A DNA stretch of 39,170 nucleotides, taken from UHGV virus genome UHGV-0202899. One strand, written 5' to 3'. The notes under the pieces were generated by a model, which was not told where the DNA came from, ran no database searches, and saw only the letters and a list, made by a program, of their open reading frames with translations. The stretch comes from a virus. The position numbers and the translations under genes were made by a program. Each line of letters starts with the position of its first letter. Position 1 is the first letter of the stretch. Shown here piece by piece: positions 7,377-15,803 of this stretch.

Positions 7377-9271
7377 CTTTTTCCCACCTCCGTTGCTGTC
7401 GCGGCCCTCTGCCTTGCTTTCCCTGCCGCGCTGTTGTCCCTTCCGACAGGCTCACCTATGCTGTTTGTTTCCACCGTCTTCCCTCCCTGGGCATCCATCT
7501 GTGGGTTCATGTCGGCTATCCCTGTACCGTCAAGGACGGACAATATCTTCTGGTTCCCTGTCATCTCATATATCAGTCCGGCCATCTGCGCCATGGTCTC
7601 CTGCATCCTCTGGATTTGCTGGAACATGGTCCCGTTCTCCTGTACCTGCTTTATGACTTCATCCCGCTTATCAAAATCCATCATTTTTATGACCGCAAGC
7701 GCCTGATCCGCATTCTGTGGGGCGAATACCCCCATCCCATACAGTTCTTTCGCTAACTCATTGTTCGCTATCCGGCTATACATGCTCGCTTTCTGGGCTG
7801 ATACCTTGACATCAAATACCGGCTTCCTGACGGATAACCCGCCGTCCATCATGGGCATCTCAGCTGGCTGTAACCCCTCATTGGTCAGGGTGACATATTC
7901 CGGGTTACCGTTGGGCCTGGTTATCCGGTAGCACCGTGGGATGTCGTAGAACTGCCTTATCAGTTCAATGATTAGTGTCACTACCTCAGAATAGGCTATA
8001 TAGCTGTCCTTGAGCATGTCCCTGGACAGTTTCGAACCGGCTTCCTGTAATGCGGCAATCGCACTTGCCGCTGTCACGCCGGAGGTTGTTGAACCTTGGG
8101 AGAAATCACGGTTCCCGGATGTTTCCTTCAGTTCGTCAATCTTGGCCTGCCGGATGGCCATCACATTGCTGGACATCTCAGGAGGCTTGATCTGTTTCAC
8201 GGAATCCTCCCTTAAATCCCCACTGCAATGCACCAGGTCCTTTGACAGGTCGGTAAATTCGTCCTCTTCTACCTGCGCGCTCCCGCTGATAAAATATCTT
8301 GGCCGGTTAAGGTTGGCATGCTTAAGGATTACCTGGTCAAGCTTATCTATGTACTCCTGTGGGTTTATCATCACATCCAGGTATCCGAAACCGGCCGGTG
8401 AACCTTTATCGGGAAACATCCGATCAAAAACGAACGGGTATCTGCCATGTTCATATAGCCCCGCCTGATATTCCGGGCTATTTTCCGTGGCGAAAAGCAC
8501 ATGTCCTTCCACAAACTTGCAATAATGCAGGACCGTCCGGTTCGTCCTGATTCCGTTTACCTCCCCATATACCTTGCGTCTGTAGTACCAGTCAAATACA
8601 TTCACCTTCTTAGAGGTGTCCAATTTGGACACGTAAGCATATTCCGGCTTATAGATGACTTCCCCCTGGAGTTTCCCCTTTAGTTCAGGATACTCCTCCT
8701 CCAGTATTTCATGGTCCACCATGCCGATTACGAACACATTATCGGATTCCTGTATGTCGTTAATCCCCGGCTCCCAGAATATGTCCATCATGTCTATATG
8801 CCTGATTTCTATGTCACCCAGTCCGTTTTCTTTTTCCTGGTTCCAGAATATGCCGTATACTGCGGTCCCGGTCTTCGGCTTATCCCACGAACACTCCGAA
8901 TACGTCCTATCGAAGCCGTTCTGCTCCATGATGACCGGGACCACTTCCGAAAGCGTCTTTGCGGTCTGTTCATCACTTTCCTCCCTCGGAAGGATTACTG
9001 GGCTTGGGTAGTTGTCCTGGAAGTCCGCGTGCTTGTTGATTATGCTGTTGAACAGCCATGCACTGGTGGGCTGTGGGTCATTTGGGTTTCCTGACTTACT
9101 GGAAAATCTTTCCCAATGGTTATTCTTCCACCATTCCTCTGCATTTATGATCCGCTTTGTAAGGTCATCCTTGGCCTCCTTATACTTCTGGAAGGTCTGT
9201 AATGCATCATCAATTGTCTTTTCGTTGACTGGCATCTGCACGCCGCCCTGCGTGGTGTTATCGTTCTCCAT
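7373..9271 (-). CDS. portal protein (632 aa)
   Basis: The gene is immediately downstream of TerL and has a TAAGGAGG ribosome binding site. Its size is typical of a portal. The C-terminal region is acidic and glycine-rich, and the central part has long helices. Confidence 0.8.
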   Translation of the reverse strand: MENDNTTQGGVQMPVNEKTIDDALQTFQKYKEAKDDLTKRIINAEEWWKNNHWERFSSKSGNPNDPQPTSAWLFNSIINKHADFQDNYPSPVILPREESDEQTAKTLSEVVPVIMEQNGFDRTYSECSWDKPKTGTAVYGIFWNQEKENGLGDIEIRHIDMMDIFWEPGINDIQESDNVFVIGMVDHEILEEEYPELKGKLQGEVIYKPEYAYVSKLDTSKKVNVFDWYYRRKVYGEVNGIRTNRTVLHYCKFVEGHVLFATENSPEYQAGLYEHGRYPFVFDRMFPDKGSPAGFGYLDVMINPQEYIDKLDQVILKHANLNRPRYFISGSAQVEEDEFTDLSKDLVHCSGDLREDSVKQIKPPEMSSNVMAIRQAKIDELKETSGNRDFSQGSTTSGVTAASAIAALQEAGSKLSRDMLKDSYIAYSEVVTLIIELIRQFYDIPRCYRITRPNGNPEYVTLTNEGLQPAEMPMMDGGLSVRKPVFDVKVSAQKASMYSRIANNELAKELYGMGVFAPQNADQALAVIKMMDFDKRDEVIKQVQENGTMFQQIQRMQETMAQMAGLIYEMTGNQKILSVLDGTGIADMNPQMDAQGGKTVETNSIGEPVGRDNSAAGKARQRAATATEVGKR

Positions 9272-9280
9272 ATATCCTCC

Positions 9281-10777
9281 TTATATCCTGATTATCCGGT
9301 TCCTCCGTTCACGCTCCTCCTTGTATAGGTCAAGCGGGTCTTCAAGTGGCAGCGGCTTCTCCTTGTTCTTACGTACTGCAATGATCCTTGACATCAGCAC
9401 ATACCTACATTCGTCATATATGTGGTCTTCCTGTTTCGTATCGACATCCTCCACATTCTTGTCATCGTATACAAGATTCGGGATTGTACGGATGAACTCA
9501 GGGCAGCTCCTGAATACGTAGAACATGGATCGCCCATGTTCATCGAATGCCATCCGGTAATGATACTGCATCTTCCCGGCAATCCTATGGTTATCCCCAG
9601 GTGACCAGTACACCCCCACCTTTGCCATGATGTCTGCTATTGACTCACCCCTGTCCTTTGCGAAGATGGATGGGTCCGCAATCCCGGTAATCCTGCGGCC
9701 TTTCAGGTTCGGGTCTGTTTCCTCAATTGCGCGGATCTGCTTTGCCACCGCTTCAGGCTCTATCTTGATTCCGACATTGGGGCTGTCCTTCTTCATCCCG
9801 TATAACTCACGTATCCGGTATATGCATCCGACATAGTCCACGGCATACCATCCGATTGAGAACGGCTTGGCATACCCATGGTCATAACCGCGTATGATTT
9901 CCCACCCGTCCGGTACCCTGAATGGGTTTATCACATGGCTCCACTGCTGTGTGTCATATCCATCCGGGTCATTCTTCCACTCCTCAAACACCTGCCCGCT
10001 GAATGAATCCCAATCCCCATACAGCAGGGCATTACGCTGGGCTTCCGGCATCATGGCAAGGGAGGCTAGGTAGTGTGGGTTATTCCGCATCAGGTCCGGG
10101 TTGTCAAACAGGCTGCTTGGAATAAATATGCGGTCACTTTCTGTCTCGATTATATTTCCTGCCGGATCCCTTATTGGTGTTTTCTCCATTATTGGTGTCT
10201 CTGGTTTCATCGCTGTGATAAACCTGGCTTTCACCCATCCATGTCCCGGTCCCCCTGGGTTTGCTGTGGCGCGTATATATGCCCTTAACCCCGGTCCGCT
10301 TGACCTGGTCCGCGAGAAAAGATAATTGTATTCATCCCATGAAAAATGTGTCAGTTCATCAAATCCGACAAAATCAAAATGTCGGCCTTGGTATTTGATT
10401 TTGTCCTTCTCATGCTGCATATTCCTGAAATATATCTTAGCCCCACTGGGAAATGTCCACACATATTTACTTTCGTTGTATTTAGCGCGCGGAAATGCAC
10501 CCCCATACAACTCTTTGGACCGGCTTATCAAATCCTCTAATTCTGGAAATGTCTTACGGAGTATGACCGCTCTGTAATATTTTATATGGACCTGTCTCAG
10601 TGCCTCCACCAACAGGTAGTCCGACTTCCCCCCTCCGGCAGAACCTCCGAACAGGGCTTCAAATTCTGGCCTATGCATCATGGCCTGCTGTCTTGGTGAT
10701 GGCGCCCATATGACATTATGCGTTTTTAGGAACTCCTTTGCGTCAAATTTATCGCTGCCCTTACCTTTCTTCTTCAA
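9281..10777 (-). CDS. terminase large subunit (498 aa)
   Basis: It has a Walker A-like GGSAGGGKSDYL motif near the N-terminus and a C-terminal nuclease-type acidic motif region (DHIYDE). It overlaps the upstream TerS gene. Confidence 0.85.
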   Translation of the reverse strand: MKKKGKGSDKFDAKEFLKTHNVIWAPSPRQQAMMHRPEFEALFGGSAGGGKSDYLLVEALRQVHIKYYRAVILRKTFPELEDLISRSKELYGGAFPRAKYNESKYVWTFPSGAKIYFRNMQHEKDKIKYQGRHFDFVGFDELTHFSWDEYNYLFSRTRSSGPGLRAYIRATANPGGPGHGWVKARFITAMKPETPIMEKTPIRDPAGNIIETESDRIFIPSSLFDNPDLMRNNPHYLASLAMMPEAQRNALLYGDWDSFSGQVFEEWKNDPDGYDTQQWSHVINPFRVPDGWEIIRGYDHGYAKPFSIGWYAVDYVGCIYRIRELYGMKKDSPNVGIKIEPEAVAKQIRAIEETDPNLKGRRITGIADPSIFAKDRGESIADIMAKVGVYWSPGDNHRIAGKMQYHYRMAFDEHGRSMFYVFRSCPEFIRTIPNLVYDDKNVEDVDTKQEDHIYDECRYVLMSRIIAVRKNKEKPLPLEDPLDLYKEERERRNRIIRI

Positions 10778-11300
10778 TCCTCTTCTGTGCCTCCTCCATT
10801 ATTTTTTTGATATCCTTGGCCTGTTCCGTGTCCATCACAATCAGGCCAGCGCCGCTTTCTTCATCATCATTGACGCTCTTAATCTGCTCATATTTCTTTC
10901 TCCATTCCGGCATACGGTTTTCCAGCCAGAACTCAACAGCCCTTTCATTTCCGGCTACATGGATGGTCTCATCCACATACTCAATCACTTCATCCTCCGA
11001 TATCTTCTTTCCGTCCTTATACTTCACATGTCTTGTCTTGATGGGCTTCTTGTTGGTCACTGTATATCCAAGACCGATTTTATACAGACTGTTTTCCATC
11101 AGGCGGTCTGCATAGTCTTTCTTAACGGACAGTGCCTCGCTTATCTTTTCGTGTTTCTTTTTCCACTCCCCAAGGGTGGAGCGGCTTATACCGACCATCT
11201 TGGCTATTTCTTCATCTGTTTTCCCTGCGCGGGCCCAGGCTGCCAATATGGTCAGTCTATCCTCATTCTCTGCCCACTCCTGCCATTTCTGCCTCGCCAT
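10761..11300 (-). CDS. terminase small subunit with an N-terminal HTH (about 179 aa)
   Basis: The start was reassigned to the ATG with a perfect AAGGAGGTG ribosome binding site. The protein has an HTH-like segment ILAAWARAGKTDEEIAKMVGISRSTLGEW and sits directly upstream of and overlapping TerL. Confidence 0.55.
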   Translation of the reverse strand: MARQKWQEWAENEDRLTILAAWARAGKTDEEIAKMVGISRSTLGEWKKKHEKISEALSVKKDYADRLMENSLYKIGLGYTVTNKKPIKTRHVKYKDGKKISEDEVIEYVDETIHVAGNERAVEFWLENRMPEWRKKYEQIKSVNDDEESGAGLIVMDTEQAKDIKKIMEEAQKRIEEER

Positions 11301-11427
11301 GTCCGCACCTCCTTGGATCACATTATACATGTTCTGCTTTTTCGAATCCAACACCCCAGATTGTCCGGTTTTGTCCGCTTCCAGACGCGAAAAAAAGATG
11401 CTGGTTGCGTCTGTCCTTACCTATTTC

Positions 11428-11462
11428 CGCGCGTGCGCGCATGCATGTGTGCGTGCACGCGC
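11428..11462. repeat. 35-nt perfect purine/pyrimidine alternating, GC-rich quasi-palindromic tract (CGCGCGTGCGCGCATGCATGTGTGCGTGCACGCGC)
   Basis: Seen directly in the sequence. It lies about 130 nt upstream of the TerS start, in a 187-nt intergenic region that also carries a 7-bp stem hairpin at 11391..11422. Confidence 0.8.
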
Positions 11463-11487
11463 CTTCTGGTGTCCGATGTGTCCGGTT

Positions 11488-11727
11488 TCAGTCTTCTTTC
11501 CTGCCACTCAGGTAAATTGCCTTGTAATATGGGCAGGTATCGTACATATCAGCGCAGAATAGTTCCTTATAGTTCTTCTTCTCCTCATGGTTATTAAAAA
11601 CAAGCTGGTTCCTTACTTCGAATCCCAGATTGTTTTCGATGTTTGCGCATGTGATTGTTGCTGACTTCTTGTTATAACGGCTTACCGTAACGCAGTACGG
11701 ACATATGGCTTCTTTCTTCCTGCGCAT
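11488..11727 (-). CDS. small Cys-rich protein (79 aa), possibly zinc-binding
   Basis: The protein has a CPYC...C...C...CPYY cysteine pattern. It lies between the Rep and TerS genes. Confidence 0.45.
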   Translation of the reverse strand: MRRKKEAICPYCVTVSRYNKKSATITCANIENNLGFEVRNQLVFNNHEEKKNYKELFCADMYDTCPYYKAIYLSGRKED

Positions 11728-11775
11728 CCTGCCCCTCCTTACCCAAGAATATAGGCACCTTATTCAAACGTCCAC

Positions 11776-12648
11776 TCATTGGCCGTACTTTACAAGCCTC
11801 GCATAAATATAAAACGAGGCCAGTTGTTTATTGTATTTAACCTCTGCATCCAGGAATTTATATCCCTGATAAGCCTTCTCCATCTCAGCCCTTAAGACTT
11901 CGAAGTCCTTTACCATCCGGTTTACTTTGGTTCTCCTGAACTTTGAATAACTCCTGGATGGTTCAGGCGGTTTGACAAGGTTCTTGGATGCGCACCACCT
12001 CTTTGTACCATGTGGATTGTTTGACACGTAGGTAGCCAGTCCGGTAATCAGGAAATCATCATCCGGCTGGATCCGCTTCGTGTTGGGTCTGTCGCATTTC
12101 CCCCACAGATCCTCCAGTTCGTCACGGTCTATCCCTTCCCCGGTCATGAGGATGTGCACATGCGGCCTTGTATATCCATCGTATGCAAGTATGTATATGT
12201 ATTTTATGTTTTCCTTTCCCTGTTTCTTCTGCCTGTAATTCACCCTTGAGATGAAGTTCTTTACATCCTTCCTAGCCTCCCCCATATCTTCAGGCAGGCA
12301 CTCCTCATTCCATCCGAAGGTCGCCCATATATCCCCTTTCCCAAAGTTTATATTGGCAAGCCTCACCATGTATCTTTTTGAGTTGCGGTCATTCAGGTCC
12401 TTCTGTGATGGTTTTGTTTCCCTCCCTTTACGGGTCACCGGCATATCGCTTTTCCTGTAAAAGCTAGGGTAAACCTGTGATTCAAGCAGCACTGTACCGT
12501 TTGACAGGTTCGGGGACTGTGTCGTGGTGGTGCGGTACAGGCAATCCACCCTCTGCTCCTTTATCAGGCGTTCCAGTTCAAATTCCTCCAACCTTTCTAC
12601 CTGCTCCTGATAGGTTTCCTCATAGTCGTAGTTATCGTAGTATCTCAC
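11776..12648 (-). CDS. HUH-family rolling-circle replication initiator-like protein (Rep_1/pC194-like motifs)
   Basis: Motif 2 is RPHVHILMTGE (H-u-H-u-u-u). A downstream candidate motif 3 has Tyr/Lys (LATYVSNNPHGTKRW). The gene has a GTG start with a GAAGGAG ribosome binding site. Confidence 0.5.
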   Translation of the reverse strand: MRYYDNYDYEETYQEQVERLEEFELERLIKEQRVDCLYRTTTTQSPNLSNGTVLLESQVYPSFYRKSDMPVTRKGRETKPSQKDLNDRNSKRYMVRLANINFGKGDIWATFGWNEECLPEDMGEARKDVKNFISRVNYRQKKQGKENIKYIYILAYDGYTRPHVHILMTGEGIDRDELEDLWGKCDRPNTKRIQPDDDFLITGLATYVSNNPHGTKRWCASKNLVKPPEPSRSYSKFRRTKVNRMVKDFEVLRAEMEKAYQGYKFLDAEVKYNKQLASFYIYARLVKYGQ

Positions 12649-12745
12649 CTTATACGTTTCTCCTTCTATTTAGTTTCCTTATGCCCCATTTGTTAATACC
12701 CATTACAAGGACGGGAAAGAAATCTCTTCCCTGGTTTTATATCGG

Positions 12746-12786
12746 AACAGGCGGCGGCCTCTTCCTTGACAGCCACGCCGCCTGTT
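12746..12786. other. perfect 10-bp inverted repeat (AACAGGCGGC/GCCGCCTGTT) with a 21-nt loop, between the integrase stop and the Rep start
   Basis: Seen in the sequence. No adjacent U-run on the minus strand, so a terminator role is uncertain. It could be a protein-binding site. Confidence 0.6.
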
Positions 12787-12825
12787 TAACTAATTTACAA
12801 TTATTGGATAATCTATATGGATGTA

Positions 12826-13872
12826 TCATGCCGCCTTGTTACGGACTACCCTCAGGGTATCCGGGGTAGACTGTGCATAATATAAGGAAGTGACCTTGCT
12901 GTCTGCATGTCCCATGATCTCCTGTATGGTTCCTATATCCACGCCCTTATTCTTCAGTTCCATGCCCAGGGTCTTGCGCATCTTATGCGGGTAAGCGCGG
13001 CTGGTAATCCCGGCACGCTGCGCCACATCCTTTACAATCCCACGGATTGCACAGGTGGATAATGCCTGATACGGCTGTCTGGAACTGACAAAGATGGCTG
13101 GGTTATTGTCTGTCCTGCTGTTTAAGTACTTCCTAAAATGATGGATTGCATCCGGATCCAGGTACAAGGTGCGGTATCGGTTGCCCTTCTCCCCCAGTAT
13201 CATGACATCCCCGGTCTCCCAGTCAATCAGGTCGATTGTGATACCCACCACTTCCCCAACCCTGGCCCCGGTGCTCCTTAATACTTCTATGACAGCCCGC
13301 TCCCGTAGGCTCTCACATCCATCCTTAAGGCTTGCCATCTCCTCCGGCGTGAAATAATCAATCGGTTTCTTCGCCACCTTCAGCGGCTCGATTGCCTCCA
13401 CCGGATTGCTTCCAATCAGTTTTTCCTTTCGCATCCAGGTGAAAAAGGCTGACAGGAAACGGCGCTCGTTGTTGATGGTCCTGGCCTGGTTTTTCCTTCC
13501 GTTCAGGGGTACATTCCGGTTCTCGTACCAGTCCAGATAGTAATAGATATCCGATTCTTCCATGTCCGTCAGGGGTTTATACACCAGGGTCACCAGCCGT
13601 TTGATGGCGCTGACATAGCCGTATTTCGTCCCGTCCTGTAGTTTTTTCTTCTTATACAGGAATAACTGCAATATGTACCCGTTCTGGTTGTCTATGCTGT
13701 CCTTCATTTCCATTGGCAGCGTGTTAATCCGTTCTATCACTACGTCTACCAGGTTCCTTGTCAGGACGCGCTCTAACATTTCCAGTACATCCGGGTTAAG
13801 GTAGTAGGTCATCGATACAATCACATTATTGATAATCTGCGCTTTTACGCTCTGATTTTCTGCGTTACTCAT
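12826..13872 (-). CDS. int: tyrosine site-specific integrase (348 aa)
   Basis: The C-terminal catalytic region has the HKMRKT (H-x-x-R) box and LGHADSKVTSLYY with the catalytic Tyr. The N-terminal region is a SAM-like core-binding domain. The gene is adjacent to a tRNA 3'-end-like fragment. Confidence 0.85.
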   Translation of the reverse strand: MSNAENQSVKAQIINNVIVSMTYYLNPDVLEMLERVLTRNLVDVVIERINTLPMEMKDSIDNQNGYILQLFLYKKKKLQDGTKYGYVSAIKRLVTLVYKPLTDMEESDIYYYLDWYENRNVPLNGRKNQARTINNERRFLSAFFTWMRKEKLIGSNPVEAIEPLKVAKKPIDYFTPEEMASLKDGCESLRERAVIEVLRSTGARVGEVVGITIDLIDWETGDVMILGEKGNRYRTLYLDPDAIHHFRKYLNSRTDNNPAIFVSSRQPYQALSTCAIRGIVKDVAQRAGITSRAYPHKMRKTLGMELKNKGVDIGTIQEIMGHADSKVTSLYYAQSTPDTLRVVRNKAA

Positions 13873-14040
13873 ACAGCTTCCTCCTTTGTACTTGCTTAAG
13901 GAAGCAGTTTATGGTATACTGTCCTTAAGCGTAAGGGCGGTACGGATAGCTTTGGTCGGTTGATGTACCGCCCGGTTTCTTTGTTCTCTCAATACTTATA
14001 TGTCCCATTTCCATCATCCCCTTTCCTCGTTTTCTTTTAA

Positions 14041-14106
14041 TGGGCTACCGTGGATTCGAACCACGGTCCTGCGGAGGCAACAGTAACTCCCTGTGAGTTT
14101 CAGCCC
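14041..14106 (-). tRNA. tRNA 3'-portion-like sequence (T-arm GGTTCGAATCC plus acceptor 3' strand plus discriminator), not foldable as a complete tRNA. It is a probable integration core (att) remnant.
   Basis: The reverse complement reads ...GGACCGTGGTTCGAATCCACGGTAGCCCA. The upstream 40 nt cannot form canonical D and anticodon arms, and the total length is 66 nt. It lies immediately upstream of the tyrosine integrase. Confidence 0.45.
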
Positions 14107-14128
14107 TGTTCATGCTTGTTTTTAAACC

Positions 14129-14317
14129 TTAATCTTCCCGAATCGCTTTAAAGTATTTTTCCCAAGCAGCGTCAAAAGAAATATTGTCATCAGCCGCCAT
14201 TCGTTCGACAGCTCCTCTCAGGCCCACCAGCGACATAGCCGCTTGCTCGACTTTCTCTGCGTTTGTCCAAAAACGGCAACTACCGTCCTTTTTTAGCCAT
14301 GTGACAAGCAATTTCAT
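14129..14317 (-). CDS. hypothetical protein (62 aa)
   Basis: The track ORF 14129..14410 was re-split. The start is ATGAAATTG, preceded by a GGAGGAGGAA ribosome binding site. Confidence 0.4.
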   Translation of the reverse strand: MKLLVTWLKKDGSCRFWTNAEKVEQAAMSLVGLRGAVERMAADDNISFDAAWEKYFKAIRED

Positions 14318-14318
14318 G

Positions 14319-14450
14319 TCATTCCTCCTCCGTCCACTCCAGTGGCTCCCCACAATCCTGGCAATAACTCTGTCCCATCTCAACCTCTCCCCCACATTCA
14401 GGACACTCATAGATTATGCCATGCTCCATATCAATTTTTATTTTTGCCAT
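14319..14450 (-). CDS. zinc-ribbon mini-protein (43 aa; CPECGG...CQDCGE)
   Basis: It was found in the other frame of the 14129..14410 track ORF. It has a GGAGAA ribosome binding site and two CxxC(G) knuckles. Confidence 0.5.
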   Translation of the reverse strand: MAKIKIDMEHGIIYECPECGGEVEMGQSYCQDCGEPLEWTEEE

Positions 14451-14465
14451 CTTGTTCTCCAAATA

Positions 14466-14654
14466 TTAATTTTCCCATCCGAATCGCTCATGCCATTGTC
14501 GTTCTGGCGACAACGACTTAAATGCCGCCAAGCACAACTCCCTGTCTGATTTATCACGATATCTAGGCACCGGCTGAGCAAAAGGGCAGAAAACCTTATC
14601 TGATAAATCATCCTGCTGTAACTGCACACACCGGCTGCACTGAAACGCTTTCAT
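14466..14654 (-). CDS. small Cys-containing protein (62 aa)
   Basis: An AGGAGGT ribosome binding site lies 9 nt upstream. The protein has CSRC...C cysteines. The overlapping alternative frame 14438..14629 was rejected. Confidence 0.5.
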   Translation of the reverse strand: MKAFQCSRCVQLQQDDLSDKVFCPFAQPVPRYRDKSDRELCLAAFKSLSPERQWHERFGWEN

Positions 14655-14695
14655 TCTGCTTTGTACCTCCTAAATACTAATATTCGGTTTCCCCA

Positions 14696-14860
14696 TCACT
14701 TACTCAAAAAGTACGCTCCTGCTAAAAGTGCAGTTATAAACATTTCAAAATGCACCATCGCCCAAATCTTTTGTTTAAATGTAAAATCCATCCCGAATAG
14801 ACAAATGCATCCGAAGATGACTGCGGAAAACATAAGCCACATACCAATTAATCCATTCAT
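14696..14860 (-). CDS. hydrophobic mini-peptide (54 aa, two predicted TM helices)
   Basis: It is below the ORF-track threshold and has an AAGGA ribosome binding site. Its sequence is MNGLIGMWLMFSAVIFGCICLFGMDFTFKQKIWAMVHFEMFITALLAGAYFLSK. Confidence 0.4.
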   Translation of the reverse strand: MNGLIGMWLMFSAVIFGCICLFGMDFTFKQKIWAMVHFEMFITALLAGAYFLSK

Positions 14861-14896
14861 GATTATCCTTTCTGCACAATATCGCTAATTTTCTTA

Positions 14897-14924
14897 TTGA
14901 TTTTGTAAACAAATCTGTTATAAT
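14897..14924 (+). promoter_or_regulatory. sigma-A-type promoter: TTGATT, 16-nt spacer, TGtTATAAT (extended -10)
   Basis: Seen in the sequence. It is oriented rightward into an ORF-less segment that ends at a terminator. Confidence 0.5.
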
Positions 14925-14930
14925 GATATT

Positions 14931-15058
14931 AAATAACAGGGAACGCAAAGCCGTCAGTAGACCCTTGTGTGGTTGCAATTCCTCACCCTCGGATTAAGTT
15001 CCAGGCCGGTGCACAGGCCAGCGAAAACGTCGGGCAGAGCCGCAAGGCTCTTTTTTAT
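14931..15058 (+). ncRNA. candidate small RNA (about 125 nt) defined by its own promoter and intrinsic terminator, with no ORF
   Basis: A promoter lies at 14897..14924 and a terminator at 15036..15060. The only ORF here (14967..15155, GTG start) reads through the terminator and was rejected. The unit is flanked by two mini hydrophobic peptide genes on the opposite strand. Confidence 0.35.
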
Positions 15059-15060
15059 TT
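15036..15060 (+). terminator. rho-independent terminator (AGAGCC-GCAA-GGCTCT followed by TTTTTTATTT)
   Basis: The stem-loop plus U-run is seen in the sequence. Confidence 0.6.
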
Positions 15061-15068
15061 CTCAAATG

Positions 15069-15224
15069 TTAATCTACTGCTCCATAGATAAAGGGCAAAT
15101 ACAAAAGTCCCATAATGTCGTCAACTACCCTCGGCTGTATCTGGTGGTATATTAATAGCTCCAAGCCTTGCCATACTAAAGCAAGCACTATGTACCACCA
15201 GCATGTTTTTAATATCTTATCCAC
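15069..15224 (-). CDS. hydrophobic mini-protein (51 aa) with a GTG start
   Basis: A GGAGGAA ribosome binding site lies 7 nt upstream of the GTG. The sequence is MDKILKTCWWYIVLALVWQGLELLIYHQIQPRVVDDIMGLLYLPFIYGAVD. It converges on the candidate sRNA terminator. Confidence 0.35.
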   Translation of the reverse strand: MDKILKTCWWYIVLALVWQGLELLIYHQIQPRVVDDIMGLLYLPFIYGAVD

Positions 15225-15270
15225 TGCCAGTTCCTCCGTTTAGTAAAGGTTAATACTACTGATTCTCAGT

Positions 15271-15477
15271 TTAGCTTTTCAACGTTCCGTTTTTTATCAG
15301 TTCCCTTCTATGTTTTTTGCACTCAGGGCATAGGTGCCTTTTTCCTATGCTCCACCCTTCTTTTCGCGCTCTGTCCATAATCAGCCACTTTGGTGCTATT
15401 GAAGCAAAAAACATTTCCAACCCACAACCATCACATTGTATTCCTGATATAAATGACATTCCTCGCTCCCCCATCAA
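15271..15477 (-). CDS. zinc-finger mini-protein (CDGCG ... CPEC)
   Basis: The protein has two CxxC pairs. The true start may be the internal ATG at 15459 (MSFISG..), which has a GGGGGAG ribosome binding site. Confidence 0.5.
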   Translation of the reverse strand: MMGERGMSFISGIQCDGCGLEMFFASIAPKWLIMDRARKEGWSIGKRHLCPECKKHRRELIKNGTLKS

Positions 15478-15698
15478 ACATGAAAATATACTTGAGTTTT
15501 TGGCAATGTTCCTAACCCCTTAGTTGGTCTATGATAATATCCTCTGGGGTTGACTATAGGGCAGCATCTTGGGTGAGTCTTACCTTTAAATATCGGCACA
15601 TCCTTACAGCCCGGATGCTCACAAGTGAATGCATTAAAATATTCTGACCATTTAGCATGTTCACACTCAGAACACTTGATATTCTTTTTCTCCATCAT
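15474..15698 (-). CDS. Cys-rich mini-protein (74 aa; CSECEH...CEHPGC...CCP)
   Basis: A GGAGG ribosome binding site is present. The protein has eight Cys in 74 residues. Confidence 0.5.
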   Translation of the reverse strand: MMEKKNIKCSECEHAKWSEYFNAFTCEHPGCKDVPIFKGKTHPRCCPIVNPRGYYHRPTKGLGTLPKTQVYFHV

Positions 15699-15803
15699 TC
15701 CTCCAGTCCTGAAAATTTTAATAGGGCCTACACTGGGGAGCAGACCTACCGGTTTCAGTCTCCTATGTATCCCCAGATGCCTAAATACTAATTTTGGCTA
15801 CTT

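Noticed and set aside
10680-11597. 305-aa plus-strand ORF, with the 10738, 11132 and 11176 ORFs, across terS and the Z-DNA tract
   Set aside because: It is antisense to terS and terL, crosses the intergenic hairpin and alternating tract, and has no ribosome binding site.
14041-14130. Complete tRNA gene
   Set aside because: Only the T-arm and acceptor 3' half are canonical. The upstream 40 nt cannot form D and anticodon arms and the total length is 66 nt. It is annotated instead as a tRNA-end-like att core.
14129-14410. 93-aa ORF as given by the ORF track
   Set aside because: It is a fusion artefact. The first 31 codons are the +1 frame of a zinc-ribbon gene (14319..14450, CPECGG/CQDCGE) that has its own ribosome binding site. 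It was replaced by two separate genes.
14967-15155. 62-aa GTG-start plus-strand ORF
   Set aside because: It reads straight through a canonical intrinsic terminator at 15036..15060 and has no ribosome binding site. The region is better explained as a non-coding RNA.
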